Shown: positions 37,450 through 43,155 of the stretch, in pieces | Layout of the letters: each line of letters starts with the position of its first letter | Position numbering within the stretch: the first letter of the stretch is position 1 | Assembly: GCA_036339495.1 (NCBI GenBank) | Contig: JAYZAW010000157.1 | Location: 1-43,155 of the forward strand | Direction: 5' to 3' | Source of the DNA: Pseudomonadota bacterium | GTDB taxonomy: Bacteria; Pseudomonadota; Alphaproteobacteria; MPNO01 | Length of the DNA: 43,155 bases | The notes under the pieces: model-generated | Database searches by the model: none | Told to the model about the DNA's origin: nothing | Seen by the model: the letters and a program-made list of their open reading frames with translations, nothing else | Made by a program: the position numbers and the translations under genes

Positions 37450-38718
37450 ATGGCTTTATCGATCAACATGACCGGCCGGTTCGGCGGCATCAGCCGGGCG
37501 CTTAGCCACCGGGAATACCGACGGTTTTTTTTGGGTAACTTTACCTCGACCGTCGGCCGGTGGATGTATCGCATGTCGGTCGGTTGGCTGACCTGGGAAT
37601 TGACCAAATCGACCAGCTGGCTCGGCATCGTCGCCTTCGCGGAAATATTTCCCACCGTGGTTCTTTCCTTCATCGCCGGCGCCATCGCCGACCGCATCGG
37701 CTATGGCCGCGTCATGCGGGCGTGCCAAGTTCTGATCACGATGGTCGGGATTGCATTCGCGGCGCTGATATTGGGCGGTTGGATAACCATCGAACTCGTG
37801 CTTGTGCTGACCATCTCATACGGCACTCTGGAAGCGTTGAGCACGCCGGCGCGCATGTCGGTGGTGCATTCCCTGGTGCCGGCGGAGGATTTGACGGCGG
37901 CGGTCGCGCTGGGTTCGACGTCGTTCAACGGGGCGCGGTTCCTGGGGCCGGCGATTGCCGGATTGCTGATCGCCTATATGAGCATCGGCGTGGTGATGTC
38001 GATCTGTGCGGTCATGTTCCTGCAATTTTATCTGGTGCTGAATTTTTTGCGCATCAATGAAGGGGGCCGCAACCGAAAAATGTCCTTAGAGCTGGTGAGC
38101 GACATGAAACAGGGGCTGATCTACGTGTTCGGACACCGGGGAATTGGTTTCCTGATGCTGCTTCTGGCCGCGACCGGTCTGTTGATTCGCCCTTTCATGG
38201 AACTGCTGCCCGGGTTTTCCGAACAGGTCTTCGGCCGCGGCGCGGAAGGCATGTCGATCCTGTTGTCATCGATCGGTCTCGGCGCCGTGTTTTCCGGGCT
38301 CTGGCTGGCGCAGCGTGGCGAAACCCGGGGGCTGACCCGCATGGTCGCCCAAAGCCTGATGATTTGTGCCGTGGCCCTAATATTGTTTTGCGTGACCGAG
38401 TATCTATGGCTGGGAGCCGCATTTCTGTTTGTTCTGGGATATTTCATGCTGCTCGCCGGGATCGGGGCGCAAACGCTGATCCAGAATGTGGTTGATTCCA
38501 GCATGCGTGCCAGGGTGCTGTCGCTGTTTGTTCTGATTTCCTGGGGCCTGCCGGCGTTGGGCGCGGTCGCCATGGGATGGCTCGCAGAGTATATCGGGTT
38601 GCGCGAGGTGGTCGGCGGCGGGGCGGTCCTCACCCTCGGAGTCTGGCTGTGGGCGTGGCCCGTGACCGCCAGAATGGAAACCGGGCTTGAAAAGCCGAAC
38701 AGTCCGGAACGGGGTTGA
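37450..38718 (+). CDS. MFS transporter (MFS_3 / EntS-like subgroup)
   Basis: About 12 predicted TM helices and an N-terminal YRRFFLGNFTSTVGRWM pattern typical of this MFS subgroup. The substrate is unknown. Confidence 0.85.
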   Translation: MALSINMTGRFGGISRALSHREYRRFFLGNFTSTVGRWMYRMSVGWLTWELTKSTSWLGIVAFAEIFPTVVLSFIAGAIADRIGYGRVMRACQVLITMVGIAFAALILGGWITIELVLVLTISYGTLEALSTPARMSVVHSLVPAEDLTAAVALGSTSFNGARFLGPAIAGLLIAYMSIGVVMSICAVMFLQFYLVLNFLRINEGGRNRKMSLELVSDMKQGLIYVFGHRGIGFLMLLLAATGLLIRPFMELLPGFSEQVFGRGAEGMSILLSSIGLGAVFSGLWLAQRGETRGLTRMVAQSLMICAVALILFCVTEYLWLGAAFLFVLGYFMLLAGIGAQTLIQNVVDSSMRARVLSLFVLISWGLPALGAVAMGWLAEYIGLREVVGGGAVLTLGVWLWAWPVTARMETGLEKPNSPERG

Positions 38719-38771
38719 CGCGGGCTTCCCGGCGGGGTGAGAGTCAGCCGTAATTTCTGGGAACGCGAACA

Positions 38772-39566
38772 ATGGACTTCACTGACGATCAGCTCCATCG
38801 CTATGCGCGGCACATCGTGCTGCCAGAGGTCGGCGGTGTCGGTCAGGCCAAATTGATGCGGGCGCGCGTGCTGGTGATCGGCGCCGGTGGGCTCGGCGCG
38901 CCGTTGCTGATGTATCTCGCGGCGGCCGGCATCGGGGTGATCGGCGTGGTCGACGACGATGTGGTCGATCTGTCGAATCTGCAGCGCCAGGTGATCCACG
39001 GGACCGGACAGATCGGGCGCGCCAAGGTCGAAAGCGCGCGCGCGGCGGTCGCGGACATCAATCCCGAGATCGAGATTATCGCCCATCAGGAACGCGTCAC
39101 GGCGCGTAACGTGATGGAGCTGATTGCGGATTACGACGTCGTCGCCGACGGCAGCGACAATTTCGAAACCCGCTTTCTGCTTAACGATGCCTGTCACCTT
39201 TCCGGCAAGATACTTGTATCGGCCGCGATTTTGCGGTTCGAGGGGCAGTTGGCGACGTTCAAATCGGGTCTGGGGAAGGAATTTCCCTGCTATCGCTGTC
39301 TCTACCGCGACCCACCGCCGCCGGGGATGATCCCAAGCTGTGCCGAGGGTGGCGTGCTGGGCGCGCTGGCGGGCGTCATGGGATCTCTGCAAACCACAGA
39401 AATCCTGAAAGAAATCATGGAGATCGGCAACAGTATGGCAGGCTCCCTGCTGATTTACGACGCGCTGAACACGACATTTCGAAACATGAAACTGAAACCC
39501 GACCCCGGCTGCCCGCTCTGCGGCGACGCGCTGTCAATTACCGATCTGTCAAATCATTTGGGATGA
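38772..39566 (+). CDS. moeB: HesA/MoeB/ThiF-family E1-like adenylyltransferase
   Basis: RYARHIVLPEVGGVGQAKL, the nucleotide loop VIGAGGLGAP, SNLQRQ, and two CxxC pairs (CYRC, CPLC). No rhodanese domain. Confidence 0.85.
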   Translation: MDFTDDQLHRYARHIVLPEVGGVGQAKLMRARVLVIGAGGLGAPLLMYLAAAGIGVIGVVDDDVVDLSNLQRQVIHGTGQIGRAKVESARAAVADINPEIEIIAHQERVTARNVMELIADYDVVADGSDNFETRFLLNDACHLSGKILVSAAILRFEGQLATFKSGLGKEFPCYRCLYRDPPPPGMIPSCAEGGVLGALAGVMGSLQTTEILKEIMEIGNSMAGSLLIYDALNTTFRNMKLKPDPGCPLCGDALSITDLSNHLG

Positions 39567-39970
39567 ATGTCATGACGGCGCCGGACAAGCTATCGATCAT
39601 CGTGTTTTCCGGCGACTACGACCGGGTCCACTACGCGCTGGCCATGGCAAGCTCGGCGGTAGCGATCGACCGGGACGTGACGCTGTTTTTTACCATGGAG
39701 GGCATTCGCGCGCTGATGCGCCACGATGCGGAGGGCGCGCCGGACTGGTCCGTCCGGGAAGCGGATTACACGGCGAAAAAAATCGGCACGGCGGATGAAA
39801 TGCTGTCGGCCTGCATCGAACTCGGCGCGACCTTCATGGTGTGCGAGATGGGTTTGCGCGCGACCGGTATCGACGCCGCGGATTTGCGCGATGATATCTC
39901 AATCGCCACCGGCGGCATTGTGAGTTTCCTGAACGACGCGTCGCGTCACGGCCAGATGATCGTGATTTAA
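39563..39970 (+). CDS. DsrE/DsrF-like (DrsE_2-type) sulfur-relay family protein
   Basis: KLSIIVFSGDYDRVHYALAMASSA...VTLFFTMEG...FMVCEMGL (conserved Cys)...GGIVSFL. 135 aa. ATGA overlap with the moeB-like stop. Confidence 0.75.
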   Translation: MNVMTAPDKLSIIVFSGDYDRVHYALAMASSAVAIDRDVTLFFTMEGIRALMRHDAEGAPDWSVREADYTAKKIGTADEMLSACIELGATFMVCEMGLRATGIDAADLRDDISIATGGIVSFLNDASRHGQMIVI

Positions 39971-39971
39971 T

Positions 39972-40961
39972 TTAACCCGCGTTGCCGTGGATGACCCTGT
40001 CGGGCGGGGTGTGGCCGTCGGCGAAGGCGCGGATGTTGATCATGACCTTTTCCCCCATGGCGATCCGGCCTTCGCGGGTGGCCGAACCCAGATGAGGCGC
40101 CAGGACGACATTGTCCAATTTCATCAATCCGGGCCCCACATCCGGTTCCCGTTCATAGACATCGAGCGCCGCGCCAGCGATTGCGCCCTCGGCCAGCAAA
40201 CGGGCCAGCGCCGCTTCGTCGATGATTTCACCGCGGGACGTGTTAACCACGAAAGCGTGTGGCTGGAGCAACCGAAGCCGTTTTTCGGACAAAAGATGAT
40301 GGGTTTCGGTGTTGAGCGGACAATTGACCGAGATGTAATCCATATGGGCCAGCATCTGGTCGAGGTCCTGCCACCATGTCGCTTCCAGTTCGGCCTCGAC
40401 ATCGGCATGAACCCGATTGCGGTTGTGATAATGGATCGACATGTTGAAGCCGCGGGCGCGGCGGGCGACGGCCTGACCGATTCGCCCCATGCCGATGATG
40501 CCGAGCCGCTTGCCGGCGATGCGGTCGCCGATCATGAACGTCGGCGTCCAGCCGGTCCAGCCGCCCGACCGGACCAGACGATCCCCTTCCATCAGCCGGC
40601 GCGGCGCGGCCAACAGCAGAGCGAGGGTCATATCGGCGGTGTCTTCCGTTAATACGCCGGGCGTGTTGGTGATCGTGACGCCGCGCGCTTCGCACGCCGC
40701 CAAATCAATGTGGTTCACGCCGACGCCGAAATTAGCGATCAACTTTAAGCGATCGGGCAAAGCGTCGATCAATTCGCCGGTGATCTTGTCGGTCACGGTC
40801 GGCACCAGCACATCCGCTTGCGCGCATGCCGCGATTATTTCGTCCCCGGTTAAAGGGCGATCATCGGCATTGAGGGCCGAGTCAAACAGCTCCATCATTC
40901 TGGTTTCGACCAGATCGGGAAGTTTTCGGGTGACGACGACAACGGGTTTGGGTTCGGGCAT
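39972..40961 (-). CDS. D-isomer-specific 2-hydroxyacid dehydrogenase (glyoxylate/hydroxypyruvate reductase-like)
   Basis: GVGVNHIDL, the NAD loop GIIGMGRIGQAVARRA, NTSRG and PHLGSAT. The ATG at 40961 (MPEPKPVVVVTRKLP) is preferred over the 25-aa track extension. Confidence 0.9.
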   Translation of the reverse strand: MPEPKPVVVVTRKLPDLVETRMMELFDSALNADDRPLTGDEIIAACAQADVLVPTVTDKITGELIDALPDRLKLIANFGVGVNHIDLAACEARGVTITNTPGVLTEDTADMTLALLLAAPRRLMEGDRLVRSGGWTGWTPTFMIGDRIAGKRLGIIGMGRIGQAVARRARGFNMSIHYHNRNRVHADVEAELEATWWQDLDQMLAHMDYISVNCPLNTETHHLLSEKRLRLLQPHAFVVNTSRGEIIDEAALARLLAEGAIAGAALDVYEREPDVGPGLMKLDNVVLAPHLGSATREGRIAMGEKVMINIRAFADGHTPPDRVIHGNAG

Positions 40962-41034
40962 GAGGCACTTTTCAGTTTGTCTAATAATTGCACAAGCAGT
41001 GGAGCATTGATTCGGATTCGAATATACTCGGCTC

Positions 41035-41538
41035 ATGCGCTTGTTTCACCCCTTTCGGCGCTTATTGCCGGGCCTTGTGATCGCCGGGTTGTCGTTCGCG
41101 CATGTGAGCGCGGCGGCGGCCGACAACCGGTCCAAGCTGCCGCGGTTCGCGTCGGTGCGGGCGGCGGAGGTCAATGTCCGAACCGGACCCGGGGTGCGCT
41201 ATCCGGTGGACTGGGTATTCGTTTACCGCAACATGCCTGTCGAGATCGTCGCCGAGTTCGATACCTGGCGGAAAGTTCGCGATTGGGACGGCACCGAGGG
41301 CTGGGTCCATCGGTCGATGCTGTCGGGCAAGCGCAGCGTGATCGTTACCGGCGGCCAACACGCCCTGCGCCGCATATCCGAAGCCAAAAGCGGCGTTGTC
41401 GCCCGGGTCGATGAACGGGTTGTGGGCAAGCTGATCACCTGCAAGGAAACATGGTGCCGGCTTGAAATCGCCGGTCGGCGCGGCTGGATGCAGCGTACTT
41501 ACCTCTGGGGCGTCTATAAGGGCGAAAAACTCAAATAA
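41035..41538 (+). CDS. SH3-like domain protein with signal peptide (DUF1058-type)
   Basis: Signal-like LLPGLVIAGLSFAHVSAAAA, then two repeats of the pattern NVRTGPG...W.kV/.WcRL...GW typical of bacterial SH3 domains. Confidence 0.75.
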   Translation: MRLFHPFRRLLPGLVIAGLSFAHVSAAAADNRSKLPRFASVRAAEVNVRTGPGVRYPVDWVFVYRNMPVEIVAEFDTWRKVRDWDGTEGWVHRSMLSGKRSVIVTGGQHALRRISEAKSGVVARVDERVVGKLITCKETWCRLEIAGRRGWMQRTYLWGVYKGEKLK

Positions 41539-41543
41539 CTGAT

Positions 41544-42134
41544 TTAGTCAAAGTCTTCGCCGAGCATTGCCCGAACGGTTTCCGGCATCACCGCCATATG
41601 GGCATAGTTTTCGTGCCCGATTCCGACGATGATGCGGCCGCCCTCAGTCCTGAACTTTGAGATCTGGCCGGCGGTAAAGGGGAAATGCAGAAACTGGACC
41701 GATGACGCCTTGCCCGCCGCATTGGTGCGGTCCACATCGGCTTCCGGAATCCCGGCAATCACGTCGCCATCGACTGAGATCGTCATGGTTTCCTCGATCC
41801 CACCGAGCCTTGCCAGTTCGCGGGCGCGCTGGTCGGCGTCGGGTATTTCGAGCATAACCGTGGCGACCAGTTCGGCGCCATTGGGAATCAACGGATTATA
41901 GGCGGCCAGCTCATCCGCGATCTGCGCCTCGCCGCCTTTTTCGATATGCAACATCTCATGCACCTGGTGCCACATGGTGTCGTAGCTTTCGAAATAGAAT
42001 GTCGCGAACGGCCCGACTTGCGTCCGCCGGTTCTTTTTGACGCTGCTGATTTCCGTCTTCAGGTCACGCCGGCGCGCCCCATATTCCGGCATCGGCATCA
42101 AATCATCGCGGGTGATTTCGTGTTTCAAAGTCAT
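41544..42134 (-). CDS. DUF3501 family protein
   Basis: A 196-aa product that I recognise as the DUF3501 pattern (VGPFATFYFESYDTMWHQVHEML...). It starts 3 nt after the stop of the upstream CCG-domain gene. Confidence 0.75.
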   Translation of the reverse strand: MTLKHEITRDDLMPMPEYGARRRDLKTEISSVKKNRRTQVGPFATFYFESYDTMWHQVHEMLHIEKGGEAQIADELAAYNPLIPNGAELVATVMLEIPDADQRARELARLGGIEETMTISVDGDVIAGIPEADVDRTNAAGKASSVQFLHFPFTAGQISKFRTEGGRIIVGIGHENYAHMAVMPETVRAMLGEDFD

Positions 42135-42137
42135 GAT

Positions 42138-43155
42138 TTATAATCCATAGGCGCGCGCCATGAGCTCGATGGGGTGGGGTGCTTCCGTGGGGAGCTGATC
42201 CCTACTGCCGGCATCCGCCAGTTTTTCCATGCCTTGCAAAATATGCAGGCCGGCAAGCGGGCATTCAGACGCAACATGGGCCCAGCCTTTTTCATTGGCC
42301 TGGCGCGCGACCGGGCGGCCGATCTTCAGCGCGGTTTCGAAATTATCCGTCATCATGCCCCACGAGCCGCCATGGCCGGAACAGCGTTCGATGACATCGA
42401 TTTCCGTGTCGGGCAAAAGACGAAGCATATCGGCGGCTTTCGGACCCATATTCTGCGCCCGCGCATGGCAGGCGAGGTGAACGGTCACACCGCCATCCAG
42501 CGAGGCCATGCCGGGCGCGAGCCCCTCATTGCGGGCGATATCGACGATATATTCGCTGATATCAAAGCTTGCCTGGGCGACGCGCCTGACGTCTTGGTTT
42601 TCCGGCAGCAACAGCGCCCATTCGAATTTCAGCATCAGGGTGCAGCTCGGCACCAACCCGACGATGTCATACCCTTTATCGATCCACGGAACCAATTCGG
42701 CGGCGATTCGTTCCGCATTATCAGCGACCCGCGGGATGTCGCCATGTTCGAGCTTGGGCATCCCGCAGCAACCGGGATAAACGATCTCGGTTTCCACGCC
42801 GTTTTTCGCCAGCACTTTTAGGGCGGCCTCCCCGATGCCGGGATTGTTGTAATTTACGAAACAAGTGGCGTAGAGGACCGACTTGCGGCCGTGGGCCGGG
42901 GCTCTTGCATCGATTTCAGGCATGTTCGCCAAGGCCTGGGCGGCGAAACTCTTGCCGTGAAAATTCGGCAGCATGGCGTCGCTGTCGATGCGCAGGACTC
43001 CTTGCATCACGGGCCGAGTCAATCCGTTGCCGGTGCGCGTCGCCCAATTGGCCAATGGGGCCACGGGGGCGGCGAGTTTTCCGTTGCGGTCGGTTTCGCT
43101 GAGTTGGCCGGCGACGAAGCCGGTGCCGCCGCGCCGGTGTTCCGCCGCGCGGTAA
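42138..43155 (-). CDS. (Fe-S)-binding protein with two CCG (Cys-rich) domains, heterodisulfide-reductase/GlpC-related. 5' end lies outside the window.
   Basis: ATCFVNYNNP...YPGCCGMP and HLACHARAQ...IERCSGHGG are CCG-domain signatures. The reading frame stays open from 43064 to the window edge (YRAAEHRRGGTGFVAGQLSETDRNGKLAAPV...). Confidence 0.8.
   Translation of the reverse strand, partial: YRAAEHRRGGTGFVAGQLSETDRNGKLAAPVAPLANWATRTGNGLTRPVMQGVLRIDSDAMLPNFHGKSFAAQALANMPEIDARAPAHGRKSVLYATCFVNYNNPGIGEAALKVLAKNGVETEIVYPGCCGMPKLEHGDIPRVADNAERIAAELVPWIDKGYDIVGLVPSCTLMLKFEWALLLPENQDVRRVAQASFDISEYIVDIARNEGLAPGMASLDGGVTVHLACHARAQNMGPKAADMLRLLPDTEIDVIERCSGHGGSWGMMTDNFETALKIGRPVARQANEKGWAHVASECPLAGLHILQGMEKLADAGSRDQLPTEAPHPIELMARAYGL

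Overview
This window reads as a core-genome segment of a fairly GC-rich alphaproteobacterium. That assignment is inferred from gene content only: rpsT-dnaA-dnaN-recF-gyrB, mutM<>ubiE-ubiB-coaBC-dut, pepA-holC<>lptF-lptG, surA-pdxA-rsmA, a DUF1476/zeta-subunit gene, COQ7 and ndk. I support about 45 protein genes, one intact tRNA-Ala(CGC), several hairpin terminators and one sigma70-like promoter. Many longest-ORF starts in the supplied track are TTG/GTG extensions, and I trimmed them to the ATG that matches the family N-terminus.

Five stretches are not ordinary core sequence:
1. Positions 1-1340 are a visibly AT-rich, gene-poor block. It holds the 5' half of a tRNA-Pro(UGG) gene, an orphan terminator and two tiny coupled ORFs.
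2. Positions 5.7-6.45 kb are an AT-rich islet between gmk and a thioesterase. It carries a single-TM hypothetical protein and an overlapping small basic ORF.
3. Around 15.0 kb a 5'-truncated TctC-family pseudogene, which also has an in-frame TAG, abuts a lone receiver-domain gene head to head.
4. Positions 18381-18661 are a 281-bp nested inverted-repeat, MITE-like element between ndk and yggT.
5. Positions 23.24-23.72 kb are an AT-rich spacer with a small HTH-like ORF interrupted by TAG.

Conserved but poorly understood modules are yqaA-dsbB-coq7 (overlapping stop/start codons), moeB/thiF-like plus DsrE-like, and DUF3501 plus a CCG-domain Fe-S protein.

I found no CRISPR array, rRNA, intact IS, integrase, prophage or recognisable multi-gene defence system. 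No convincing novel multi-gene system is visible by eye. GC statements are by-eye impressions, not computed values.
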